Shown: one piece after another, positions 52,612-64,000 of the stretch
How the letters are laid out: the number at the start of each line of letters is the position of its first letter
Position numbering within the stretch: the stretch's first letter is position 1
NCBI GenBank assembly: GCA_951406725.2
Contig: OX597815.1
Coordinates: 86,738,001-86,802,000 of the forward strand
Source of the DNA: Octopus vulgaris
Lineage: Eukaryota
DNA length: 64,000 nucleotides
Direction: 5' to 3'
Position numbers and translations under genes: made by a program
The notes under the pieces: generated by a model
The model's database searches: none
Told to the model about the DNA's origin: nothing
What the model saw: only the letters and a program-made list of their open reading frames with translations

Positions 52612-53790
52612 ATGACAAACAGTGGAAACAAAACTGTGACAGTTACATCCTGTTATACAGCTACCAAGTAGGTATCACACAAAGTTGTGAACGTGTCAAA
52701 CGCTAGGTGGCATATAAGGTACTTTCAAATGCCTATTAGTGACCAAGATAAATCTTGGGGCTCTCATTAAATATGTAGAAGCTATCAGCCTAGTAGAGAG
52801 CTGAAGAAACACCACACTTGGTGTTATAAAGTATAGTGAATTAACGGAGAATAAACTCATCGGAATTCAGACTAAAAAGAAAGGATTAAATAGGTTAAGA
52901 TTTTAATACTACTATGTACTGGAAAATATACAGAATTTGCACCATATGCTGATTTTCATGAAGATTTGTGTTACTGCCAAGACGGGAATTGTTTGTTCAC
53001 AGTACTTGGACTGAAGCATGACAACTGTTCATAGACTACCCAACACTAACTGTCTTTTACTGTACAACAGAGAAACATATTCATCCCTAACTCTTTTAAT
53101 ACATGCCACAAATAAAAGGTTATGAAAATCTTAAGCATTATTTTCCAAAATCAACAATGCAGGGGTGCATAGTGTTTTCAATATGCTTGTTTTTATGCTT
53201 GATTTGCAAAATGAATGTATAAAATATTAATGTTTCCTTTGTTTACGAGATAGGAGAGCTATTGGTGGCCATAGTATATAAATTTCAGTAAGTACCACAA
53301 CAGAAATTACAACCAGGAATGATAAATGATGATGTTGTCAGGGGGCCTCTTGTAGAAGCTGAAAATGATTTATTACTTTATATAAGATTCGGATTGATGA
53401 AGTAGATTGTAAAGCCTTATATTTTGAAATTGAAATTTTCGAGGAGTTACCTGTTTCCAAAGCTCTCTGAGATATCAATGCAAGATTGGCAAATTTGTCG
53501 GATCTCAAATGAATGATTTGAAGTTAGAAATCTCGGAAAAACGATGAGTAGTGTCCAGGATCTATTGGAAATCCTTCTTAAAATAGTGAGAACGTGGACT
53601 TCCACATGTATGTAACAGTACATTTTTTGTATTCGCATCTTTAGTTTCTTCATGTAAAAATATTGAGATTATGTCTGTGAAGAGTACAGTAGAATATTTT
53701 GCTATATCAGTGGAGAGAAGAAAGGAAGGTCAGAATTCGGGGGGCCTATATCTGGCCTTGCTTAAAAAAGATGAATGTACGATTTTAAAA
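52612..53790 (+). pseudogene. Decayed DNA transposase resembling Chapaev3 (CMC superfamily)
   Basis: Ordered motifs PISDQDKSWGSH (near 52732), LCYCQDGNCLFTVLGLKHD..LFID (near 52966), FPKLSE..GKFVGSQ (53454), VHFLYSHL (53618) match the GDQDKxWAPH / WRLFID / FPKLSxxKxKEGIFVGPQ / HFLxSHLDFF series. Family assignment is from recall. Confidence 0.65.
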
Positions 53791-54334
53791 ATTCGTTTAG
53801 TTCTTAAACTCTTCCATATTGTCTGAGTTTGTCAGTCATTTTCTTTGTCAAATTTATTTGGGAAATTTTGAGTGGATTAAACATAAAATTCTGAATTTTG
53901 TCAAACATTTTACTTTGAAAAATAGCTATTTGAAATAGTTCAAGCAAATTAAGAAGGAAAATTATTTATTTTTCTCTCGACACCAAGCCCAGGCTGAAGG
54001 TCAAAGGCGATATATCATATAAAAACATGAAATTATAAGCGATTACATAAAATTAGTATTATTTCCGAAAGCATCTCTTGTATGTGGAAATTAAACGCAT
54101 TTTTGACCTAAGTACCAATAAATATTCAAACAAGAAAATGTGCTACCTGGTGCAATAATAATACTTTCTAACATTAAACAATACATTATGTGGAAATGCT
54201 GCGTTAGATTTAATTGTCTCCAGTATTTTTCTAGTATATAAATATATATCAATACCCCGGAGTGATGAAACAAGTTGATCACGCCTCTAGTTGTACTCAG
54301 AATATAAAGTACGTAACAAAAAAACGCTAATAAT

Positions 54335-54558
54335 AATCCTTTCTACTATAGGTACAAGGCCTGAATTCTTTTGTGTGGGGGGAGTGTTATAGTCTATTAC
54401 ATTGAGCCCAATGCGTAAGTGTTTCTTATTTTATCGATTTCAAAACGATCAAAGCACGGTCAACCTCGACAGTGTTTGAACGCAGAACATAAAGACCAAC
54501 GAAATGTCGCTAAGCACTTTGTCTGTCGTGTTAATGAATCCGCCAGCTCGCCGCCTTA
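54335..54558 (-). mobile_element. SINE family B with TSD
   Basis: Head CCGCCAGCTCGCCGCCTT in reverse orientation; flanking AACGCTAATAATAAT / AACACTAATAATAAT. Confidence 0.85.
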
Positions 54559-55089
54559 ATAACACTAATAATAATAGTTCTAAGTTTCCATCATTATGTT
54601 CTTAATAATTCTTAAATTTGCCATAATGCAACAAATTGTTTTAGATGCAAGTACAGTTGTTTATATCCACCTTAGTACTTTACTGACAAATATTTTATTG
54701 ACCACCTGCGATGTTTGAAGGCATAGTTGGGTGTCACTATTAGCTATGACCGAAAACGATTTCTGTCGGATAGCAGATCAGCTCTTGGAACTCTAACATT
54801 TTCGGAGTTCCGACTGTTGATCTGGAAATGAACATCTCCATAGCATACTATTATTGTTCTTGCTATTCTTATCCTTTGGCTTCTCCAGCCGTTCTAGGCA
54901 AAAAGCTCTTAAATGACTCTACTTTTTTACTCTCAACAACCAGTAGTAAAGTGTATGTCCGAAACTCCAGGATATTTTTGTTACGTTGAGGCGTCATGAA
55001 TTGTAAGTCCATTGAGACCATCACTAAAATTTATGGCAATGTTGATCATCTGCTCATATTTTGTCACAAAGGTAAAGGATAATGTCATC

Positions 55090-55369
55090 ACCGATTGCTT
55101 TTACAGAGACACTCGCATTTCAGCATTTCATCGTTTCAAATATTGTAGCATTAGTTATTGAGGAAGTGTGTCACTAAATCAGCTGATCTCTTCGCTTTGA
55201 AACCAAAAGAATTTTACATTGATGGGATTAAAAAGCTTGTAAATAGATGGAAGGAAATCATAGATAATCAGAGAAAGTACACTGGTGATTAAATTTCAAT
55301 TAAATATAACATTTGATCACTTGTTTTCTTTACTCAAAATTCGGACAGAACTTATGGAATGACCTGATA
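55090..55369 (+). mobile_element. Mariner 3' end fragment
   Basis: FYIDGIKKLVNRWKEIIDNQRKY followed by TIR-like CGGACAGAACTTATGGAATGACCTGA-TA. Confidence 0.75.
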
Positions 55370-55600
55370 ATTCAGGTTTTGCATAGATAAGAAACAACTA
55401 CAACACCAATAATTATAATCATCTACCCGCAAAGGGTTCGTAAATACAAAAGAAATAAACATCAAAAGCGTGGGGTTTATAATATATATGATGGAACTAT
55501 TTTAACTCTGTTGTATTGTAGGAGTAGATTCGAGGTAAATAACACTGGGGTGTAAATTTAAGTGCGATTTCAGATCAACTGTTATATCTAAATGGGGACT

Positions 55601-55833
55601 AAGGCGGCGAACTGGCAGAAACGTTAGCGCGCGGGGCGAAATGCATAGCCGTATCTCGTCTGCGGTTACGTTCTGAGTTCAAATTCCGCCGAGGTTGACT
55701 TTGCCTTTCATCCTTTCGGGGTCGATAAATTAAGTACTAGTTTCACACTGGGGTCGATGTAATCGACTTAGTCCGTTTGTCTGTCCTTGTTTGTCCCCTC
55801 TATGTTTAGCCCCTTGTGGGCAGTAAAGAAATA
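55601..55833 (+). mobile_element. Young SINE family B subfamily (alternative tail), perfect 17-bp TSD
   Basis: TSD TATATCTAAATGGGGAC at 55583-55599 and 55834-55850; tail TTTGTCCCCTCTATGTTTAGCCCCTTGTGGGCAGTAAAGAAA shared with 61873-62070. Confidence 0.95.
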
Positions 55834-55920
55834 TATATCTAAATGGGGACGGCTTGAAGTTTTTATACCGATTATGCACAAGAAGCTCAGTTTAATCAGG
55901 AGCCAAACGAGATAACAATC

Positions 55921-55997
<77 letters not shown>

Positions 55998-56048
55998 CAG
56001 ATATTTGCACATGCATACTGAGGAGGGTATGTAGATAGGTGATAACAT

Positions 56049-56414
56049 CATCGTGACACTCCGTCGGTTACGACGATGAAGGTTCCAGTTGATGCGATCA
56101 ACGGAACAGCCTCCTCGTGAAATTAACGTGCAATTAGCTGAGACACGTGTACCCTTAACGTAGTTCTCGGGAAGATTCAGCATGACACAGAGTGTGCAAG
56201 GCTGCCCCTTTGAAATACAGGTACAGCAGAAACAGGCAGAAAGAGTGAGAGAAAGTTGTGGTGAAAGACTATAGCAAAGTTCACCACCACCCCCTGCCGG
56301 AGCCTCGTGAAGCTTTAGGTGTGTTCACTCAATAAACGTCCGGTCTGAGAATCGAAACCGCGATCCTATGACCGCGAGTCCGCTGCCCTAACCACTAAAC
56401 CACTGCGCCTCCAC
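56049..56414 (-). mobile_element. Distinct tRNA-derived SINE (family E), 11-bp TSD
   Basis: Minus head GGAGGCGCAGTGGTTTAGTGGTTAGGGCAGCGGACTCGCGGTC...GGTTTCGATTC; TSD GGTGATAACAT at 56038-56048 and 56415-56425. Confidence 0.85.
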
Positions 56415-57019
56415 GGTGATAACATACGTACATACATAAACCACAAATGTATTCATTCGAACATTTAATCGCTTTTTGTTGGCTCGAATTCGAAATGGAA
56501 ATAAGCACGGTTGCTGATAATTGCTAAACTGGGTGGGAAGAAATGGTACAGAGGGAAGGATATGACATTTCACTGCGTCGTTTAGCGATCAACAGGATTG
56601 TTTCGGACTTATTCCGAAATCGTAAATTCACAAAACCGAATTCTCTAATTGGTTCGGCGGATTTACTATGTTACATGCACAAGTCCATTCAGCTATTGTA
56701 CAGAAATATCTTAATCTTCTAAAGTTTGCTAGCCGACATTAATCCTTTTGCCATTTCTGTAATCACTATGGGAAAACATTATCTGCCTATCATGAAATGT
56801 CATTCTAACCTCATTTTATATAAACTAGCCCTTTCTTAGGTAGTAGCAATGTCTGTTCAAATCCAGCTTCAATCAGATGTTTCTGGCATCAATTTATGGC
56901 AGTTTGTGAAAGGAGATCTATTGCCTTTTAGCTCGAATCGAAATATATCATTGACACTCAAGGATGGAATCCTTCATTCTTCTACATCTTAGTGAGAGCA
57001 TTTCCCTTCGTATCAGAAC

Positions 57020-57091
<72 letters not shown>

Positions 57092-57110
57092 CATTATTAT
57101 TATTATTATT

Positions 57111-57427
57111 GAGTGAGAGAGCAGTCCATGCCATCAAAGTGACACTGGGGTAAAATATACGAAGCCCAATATACCTATTATGACTACCCGTCTGATAAGG
57201 GTACACCAGGCACATACATCACAACCATTTGTGCGTGACATGGTGATCTCATATCAAGATAAACGGCACATGACCTTGCGGGTGGGGCCCAGTTACAATT
57301 TTCTTCTGGTCGAGTAGTCCATTCCGCTCAAAAGGTCCCTGAATAAGGATTGTTTAAGGATGTTGTGACGAACCACCCATGTTTCCAAAGGTTAATTATC
57401 CAAACCTCTAAGAATTCCTTTCAACAT
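57111..57427 (-). mobile_element. 'Family D' element, 5'-truncated copy 3
   Basis: Same 3' end plus (TAA)n as the other two copies. Confidence 0.85.
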
Positions 57428-58200
57428 TCACAATAACAAGAACAGTTCTCTCTTTAACATGCCACATTTTTTGAAGTTCAATTTCCAGGTCTTTATATTT
57501 ATTTAATTTGTCAAATTCGTTTACAGATATATTTTTATCATTGGGAACACTTACATCTATTATCCTACTAGAATTTTCTTCCTTGTTTTTAGTAATTATA
57601 TCTGGTCGATTAGTGTTAACTGGAAAATCCCAGAGAATTGTGACATTTTTACCATCAGCGACTGTCTCAGGAGGATATGTAGTGTTTACATATTTTCCAG
57701 TGTAAATACTGTCCTACCCTATCGTGGTGATTTTTGTATTCGTTTGGTGTCAGTACAGGACATCGCGAGACGAGATGTTCTATTGTTTCGTCAAATGTGT
57801 CGCAGAATCTGCATTTAGGGTCATAACCACTTTGAAGAATGTTAGCCTGGTAGTTTTTTGTAAGCAAGCTTTGATCTTGTGCCTCCAATATGAAACCTTC
57901 AATTTGTTTCAGTCCCCAACTTCTCAGCCACTGATCAGCATTTCCACCTCGAAGTATATACTGTCCATGCAGAGGCTTCTAGTCCCACCGTTCCTCAATT
58001 TGTTTCTACTCGCTCTTTTTTCAGTCTTGTTTTGTGGCAGTAGTTTCAGGTTCTTCATCTATTTCAGGGTGAATACCAAGTTCCCTTGCGAATTTGCAAG
58101 CTTTCTTGACCAGAAAATGTGATTTTTTGCTGCTTCGTGTTTGCACACAAGCAGCAGCATTCGGTCCTCTGTACTAGATAAGTACCTGTTCATTGCTATA
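57428..58200 (-). pseudogene. R4/Dong-type CCHC-RLE fragment
   Basis: AQDQSLLTKNYQ, CRFCDTFDETIEHLVSRC, HDRVGQYLHWKIC, ILWDFPV..NRPDII..IIDVSVP..KLNKYKDLEIE; begins at (AAC/AAT)n. Confidence 0.9.
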
Positions 58201-59202
58201 TTATTATTATTATTGTTGTTGTTGTTGTTGCTGTTGTTGTTGCTGTTGTTGTTGTGGTTGTTGTTGTTGTTGTTGTTGCTGTTGCTGTTCTTGTTGCTGT
58301 TGTTGTTGTTGTTAAGAACATACTATAATATACTTTGTATATAGTTTTGAAGGCTATAGATGGTACACGAGGAGTATATTGGATGGAAAGTAAAACTAGA
58401 AATTTAAACTGAATGGTTGAGTGGACGAAGAATAATACTACCATCCTAAAAACTGATGAATCTATATCCTATAACTGGCATCACATTGTCTCTTTGGAAA
58501 ATTACATTTATTTTTTACATTCCTTGAGCTTTCCTGCATGCTAGAGGTAGAAGTATGTCGTATCGGCAGTCAAATTTATGAAAAACTGACATCCTAATTC
58601 GTGGTATTTTCACCTATTATCCACATTTAAGTATATCGAATGCTGGATTTTAACAGAGATTTTATAACTACTTGTATCCGTTGAGTATGTTCATTATTTT
58701 AGAATTTATCAATCAGAAAACATTTATTTTGTTAGATATCAATATGTATATGGGAAAAGCAGAGAAAGAAAGATTTTTATTTTGCAAGGAAAATACTCAC
58801 CTAGTCATGGAAGTATGTGAATAACGTGTTTAACGAATAGGAAGATGGTACACACCAACTTTTGTTATAGTTGTAATTTGAATAAAAGTCGAGTTCGATT
58901 AGTTGCTTTCAAGTTTAAGGCTGAGTACTAGAGCAAAATGGGAAGTTTTGAACACAGCAACGAACCATTTTCGGCTTTTCCACTCCAGCCCATGCTTATA
59001 GTGGCATGCAGTTCTATTTTGAAGTACTGTCAGCATTTACAGTATTTTGCAATACATCAGAAGATAGAGTGGAACGTCTGAGGGTTTAGTTTATTGAAAG
59101 AGTGCTGACCGAATTTACAACTTACTGTAGGTAGTTTCATTGTTTTGGTCCTTTTAGTAAGAGATCTCACTCTCACGATCTTGTCGATACTAACGTTATA
59201 TA

Positions 59203-59282
59203 TACAGAGTGCGGCAGAAAGGTTTCCCATATTTCAAAAGCTAATAATTTGAAATTGGGCAACATTTCTGGCGCACCTTGTA
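59203..59282. mobile_element. 80-bp Tc1/mariner-like mini-MITE, almost entirely hairpin
   Basis: TACAGAGTGCGGCAGAAAGGTTTCCCATATTTCAAA vs (reverse complement) TACAAGGTGCGCCAGAAATGTTGCCCAATTTCAAA; TA at both ends. Confidence 0.7.
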
Positions 59283-60247
59283 CTTAGTCTACACTAAATG
59301 AAAGTGCGTACAGGCATCCCCCAGACTTTGTCTAGCCTCAAGATTCCTCTGGCAATCATCTAGCGGCCGTGTCCCATTATGACCACGGTTTCATTAGAAG
59401 CCAATGTTTAATGTCCAGATAATGCTACAATTAGCCCAACTTCAGCACATCTACAGCGAAATATCAAATTTTTAGTGACATATGTTATAGTATAATTCTC
59501 AACATAAGAATCCACAAGCACCGACCAGATAGAAACCGGGTTTGGCCTCTAGGATAAGGATACGTGAATGTATGCCACCAGAAATGTCTAAAGAAAATCA
59601 AGCTCACTGCGAGGCTGAGAAAACGGTGAATTGTCAGAGTACTCGAGTAAACTTAATATCTGTAGAAGTATGAATAAGTGACATCACATCCGATAGTTCT
59701 GCCGTATCGTACGAATTTCAGACCATTGTTGTTCAAACAAACAATTATTTCCAGTTCAAGAGAAAAATTGTCCCCAGGGAGGACAGAGGAAACATAATGA
59801 CTTACACATTGACAAACATGAAAGAAGATATATTTGGTGGACAATCTTTACTACTCAAAGGACTAATGACGGCTGTATGTTTATGCGTGTATGTGTGTAC
59901 GTGCGTTTGTGTGTTGTTTGTGTGTGTTTGTGTGTGTGTGTGTGTGAGTGTGAGTATGTGTGTGTGTAAGGATAGAGAGGAGGTAGATAAATAGACAGAC
60001 AGACATGTGCATGTGTGAATGCATACATATACAAAGATATACACTAATATACGTATACATAAATGTATATATGTATGTAAATATATATTAGTTAAGAACA
60101 TGCATGTATACATACCACAACCACACAGACATGTAGCAAACACGCAAGCACAGGCATATATGTGTGTGTATTTATATCTGTATATATCTATATATGTATA
60201 GAAAGAGAGAGAAAGAGAGAGGGAGAGAGAGAGAGAGAAAGAGGGAG

Positions 60248-60314
<67 letters not shown>

Positions 60315-61374
60315 GTGAGAGAGAGATGTAGGTATAAAACAATATTCAGGTTGTGACTAACGGCATTGAGAACTATGCAAGAAAAGTTTTGAAATTTATT
60401 GACAATCCAATAAGATTAAATCTTCACATTATTCTCAGGAAGATGCAGCTTCATGCTTACCTAATTCCTGCTGGAAGCCTTAAGTCTAAGTCGTTATTAT
60501 AGATTTGAATCGTTGAAAGAATATTCCATCTTATAACACAATATATTAAATCTTACTGCATCTAGAATTATTTTCAAACAAATCAGCAGTTTATGTATGC
60601 ACAAATACGCACAGACGCAACGAAAAATATATACGTATATATGTATATGGGTTACTATCTATTTTGTACCTTACAGGTATGATACACTGTTCTTTGCAGT
60701 TACAGTATGAGTTCGATTTGAATTCTGTTGAGGCTACCCAATTTTGCTTTCGTCTTTCATTGATCGATAAAAAGAGGACAATTAATGCAAAAATCACTCC
60801 GAATGTGAACTAATGTAAGAAATTGGTTTTTGTAATTAAAAATGTATTGATTTCTTTAATAGTTTATTAATTGTTTCTGTTTCCAGATTTTTTTCTAAAT
60901 AAACATGCTTTATCGCTTAACAGAAGACAAAGATGAACTGAAATCAAATATTATTAGCAATTTAATAATGAAGTTCAAATTTCTTGTTTATTGCCAGAAG
61001 AATTTATAGTTTGGCAAACACTTAATAGATATGAAAATAGATAACGAAATTCTAAGAAAATTTAAATAAGAATGGTAACATAAAAGTTTAGAAGATATTT
61101 GTTTTTGTTTTTTTTTTTTCGTAATTCTCCTTATTCGCCTGCTTTTCTAACTGTTGCTAGAAAAGCAAGTGGATGAGAGGAATTGTTGGAGTTAGAACAT
61201 CATTAAGCATATATCTCAAAAATTGAAAATACCGTCTTTTTAGTTTTAAACATGAACAAAATGAGATCATACATCAGTTTAATGAGATTTAATGGTCATA
61301 TCTGTCTATAGAAGGATGAAATAACGGTGCTGCTAAATATCGTTGCCTCCGACCAGAGAAGAATAACAGCAATT

Positions 61375-62338
61375 GCTTCAAATTTGGGGCGCAATGGCCA
61401 GTAGTTTTGAGGGGTGAGGGGAGTTCATTACATCGACCCCACTTCTTGAAAGGTAAAATAACAAACCGCGAAATGATAAAAAGAAAAGTCAACCTCAGAA
61501 CATAAAGCCGGAAGAAATGCCGCTAGACATTTTGTCCACTGAGATAATGATTCTGCCAACTTGCTGCCTTAATTTTTCTAGTTTTGGTACAAGGCCACCA
61601 ATTTCAGGGGAGGGGTTAAGTCGATTACATCGCTCCCAATGTTCAACTGGTACTTATTTTATGGATACCGAGAAGCTGAAAGGCCAAGTCGACCTCGGTG
61701 GTATTTTAACTCAGAACGTAAATCAGCAGTGCCGTTAAACATTTTGTCCGACGCTCTGACGAATAGCCAACTTACTGTTTTAATAAAAATGATTATAATT
61801 ATTATGGTTTCATATTTTGACGCAAGGCTAGTAATTTCAGAAGAGGGGCAGGTTAATTACATTTACGCCAGTAAGACGGCGAGCTGGCAGAACCGTTAGC
61901 ACGCCGGGCGAACTGCTTACCGGTATTTCGTCTGACGTTACGTTCTGAGTTCAAATTCCGCCAAGGTCGATAAATTAAGTACCAGTTATGCACTGGGGCC
62001 GATCTAATCGACTTAATCCCTTTGTTTGTCCCCTCTATGTTTCGCCCCTTGTAGGCAATAAAGAAATAAGGTTACATTTACCCCAGTATTCAACAGTTAG
62101 TTATTTTATCGACCCCAAGACGATGAAAGGTGAAGTCGACCGCGACTGAATTTGGACTGGAAACGTACTGACAGGAAAAATTCCACTAAGCGTTTAGCCC
62201 GGTGTGCCAATCATTCTGCTAGCTCACTCCCTTAATAATAATAATTATAATGATTCAATAGTAATAATAATTTTTCTACTATAGGCACAAGACCTGAAAT
62301 TTTGGGGGAGGGGTAACTCGATTACATTACCGTTAAGC

Positions 62339-62382
<44 letters not shown>

Positions 62383-62605
62383 TAATAATAATAATAATAA
62401 TGATTTCAAAGTCAACAATATCTGAGAGGGAGAAAGGCGACTGCTTTGGCCCCAGTACTCAATTGGTACTTATGTTATCGACCCCGAAACGATGAAAGGC
62501 AAATTCAACCTCGGCAGAATTTAAACTCAAAACGTAGCGAGAGACGAAATACCACTGATCATTTCGCCCGGCCTCCTAACGATTCTGTCAGCCCGCCACC
62601 TTTGA
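61375..62605 (-). mobile_element. Cluster of about five head-to-tail SINE family B copies
   Basis: Repeated TTACATCG/TACTTATTTTAT/GTCGACCTCGG/TTCTGCCA blocks near 61375, 61575, 61805, 62270 and 62400, partly separated by (AAT)n. Confidence 0.8.
61873..62071 (+). mobile_element. Young SINE B subfamily copy nested antisense in an older SINE B
   Basis: TSD TTACATTTACGCCAGT (61857-61872) / TTACATTTACCCCAGT (62072-62087). Confidence 0.9.
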
Positions 62606-62641
62606 AATGATAACAACAACAACAACAACAGCAACAACAAC

Positions 62642-62690
<49 letters not shown>

Positions 62691-63450
62691 TTGCTTTGTG
62701 AGGAAGGTGTTTTTCTTACTATTTAATCATTCTACAGGATTAACTATAATACGTGTCTAAGACCGGATGAAGTGAGGAGTCAACGGCTATCCAAATACCA
62801 AACTCTTTATTAGTTGTGCAGCTGATTAAGTCCTTGCCGGTTAAGATAGCAGTGGTAATAACAATGATGGTAATAACGACGGTGTAGATGTTGTTAGGCG
62901 GACAAAGAACTACTTGAGGAAATGGGTAGAAAAAACAGGAAAATGATGACAAAGAACAAGAAACTGCACCCTAAAAGCTATGTCGATAGGCCGTATGTGG
63001 CTAGGACCATAGGATGTAATATCTCTGTTGTCAACACGGAAAATAGTGCGTGAAACAACAGAATGAACCTTTGTTAGAAATGACAACACAATACCTACCG
63101 AAAATGTGACGCACCGAAAAACATTTAAGAAACATGACGAAGAACAAAGAATAAACAACTGTAAATGAGAACAACACATAGGCAATATCTCAAAGAAATC
63201 GAAGGAAAATAAAAGACCAGCACTTGGCGGTGGCCAAGGAAAAATTATCTGAAAGGATGCACTGAGGTATTAATACGCACTGCTCAGGAAGAAGCTATGA
63301 GAACTAATTACACCAAGTTCCAATTAGATAAGAGAGGTCAGTCGCCCCTTTGTAGGATGTGTGGCAGCAAAAATGAAACAATCTCACATGTTGTCAGTGA
63401 GTGTAGCGAGCTGGCTCAGAAACACTACAAATGAAAGCACAATAACTGGC
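62691..63450 (+). pseudogene. Third R4/Dong-type lineage fragment following (AAT)n
   Basis: RKMMTKNKKLHPKSYVDRPYVAR, LKGCTEVLIRTAQEEAMRTN, LCRMCGSKNETISHVVSECSELAQKHYK*KHN. Confidence 0.85.
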
Positions 63451-63484
63451 TAAGTTCTGTGTGTATGTGAGTGTTACATATATA

Positions 63485-64000
63485 TAATGATGTGTCAGCG
63501 TCAAGCAGAATTAGGTAAGTTGAAACATGTTTGTCACATACTTCAAGTGCCAAAAGGCGAATACACTGCCGTTACCATCGAGAAAATATCTCTCTTATGG
63601 TAAAAAGGTGTGAAAACATCCGGTTCGTTCAGTGTTGCCTTCTATTAGATATTCCAGAAATCGATGCTTCGAGTTTTTTTTACCATAAGAGATTTTTTTC
63701 TCCACAGTAACTACTGTGCAATTGCCTTTTAGCTGTTGAAATATGTGATAAACATATTTCAACTTACCTAATTCTATTTATACTTACGCACTGCTTCGCG
63801 CTGACATTTCGTTATTTACCTCGGTCGGGTGATCTACTTGCATAAATCAGTCAACGTGTTAGTTGAATTATATATAAAGCTACGGCTTTATTAAGTTCAT
63901 TCAGAGTTGCCTCTCTTAGGTAAATGTCATCCACAAGGGTCAAAACCTTCAAACATCGATGTCTGGAATTCCTAATAGATGGCTACACTGAACGAACCGG
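63485..64000. repeat. Complex inverted-repeat element (A-B-A'-C-B'), running off the window end
   Basis: 63485-63606 is inverted relative to 63676-63815; 63620-63672 is inverted relative to 63949-64000. Confidence 0.8.

Noticed and set aside
52576-52667. Exon-like segment on the plus strand (tttcag.../gtaggt)
   Set aside because: It overlaps the start of the Chapaev3-like transposase fossil and has early stops; not a host exon.
61375-62605. Regularly recurring short motifs resembling a CRISPR-like array
   Set aside because: The units are diverged ~200-bp SINE copies with homologous 'spacers'; eukaryotic context and no cas genes.

Overview
AT-rich eukaryotic non-coding DNA, dense in microsatellites ((TA)n, (CA)n, (GATA)n, (TAA)n, (GA)n) and transposable elements. 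The SINE repertoire and microsatellite load suggest an octopus/coleoid cephalopod genome (inference). I find no credible host protein-coding exon or intact RNA gene; most ORFs in the track are microsatellite read-throughs or TE remnants. Contents: several tRNA-derived SINE families, some with clear TSDs; a young, 5'-truncated R4/Dong-type non-LTR retrotransposon (RT + CCHC + restriction-like endonuclease) plus five related fragments, nearly all beside (TAA)n tracts; a TAA-anchored non-coding retro-element in three copies; several mariner fossils/MITEs; a small Helitron-like element; a Chapaev3-like transposase fossil; and very decayed Penelope-like RT remnants. The most notable structure is at 21644-25400: one insertion bounded by a perfect 14-bp TSD, made of a head-to-head inverted dimer of a unit with a tRNA-Thr(AGU)-like Pol III head, a microsatellite and a Penelope-type minimal hammerhead ribozyme. 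It is a candidate ribozyme-bearing, Penelope-mobilised SINE, later split by the Dong element. Further hammerhead motifs occur at 8926, 50255/50600 (a 340-bp tandem dimer, retrozyme-like) and 51815. All alignments and translations were done by eye, so element boundaries are approximate unless a TSD or TIR is quoted.
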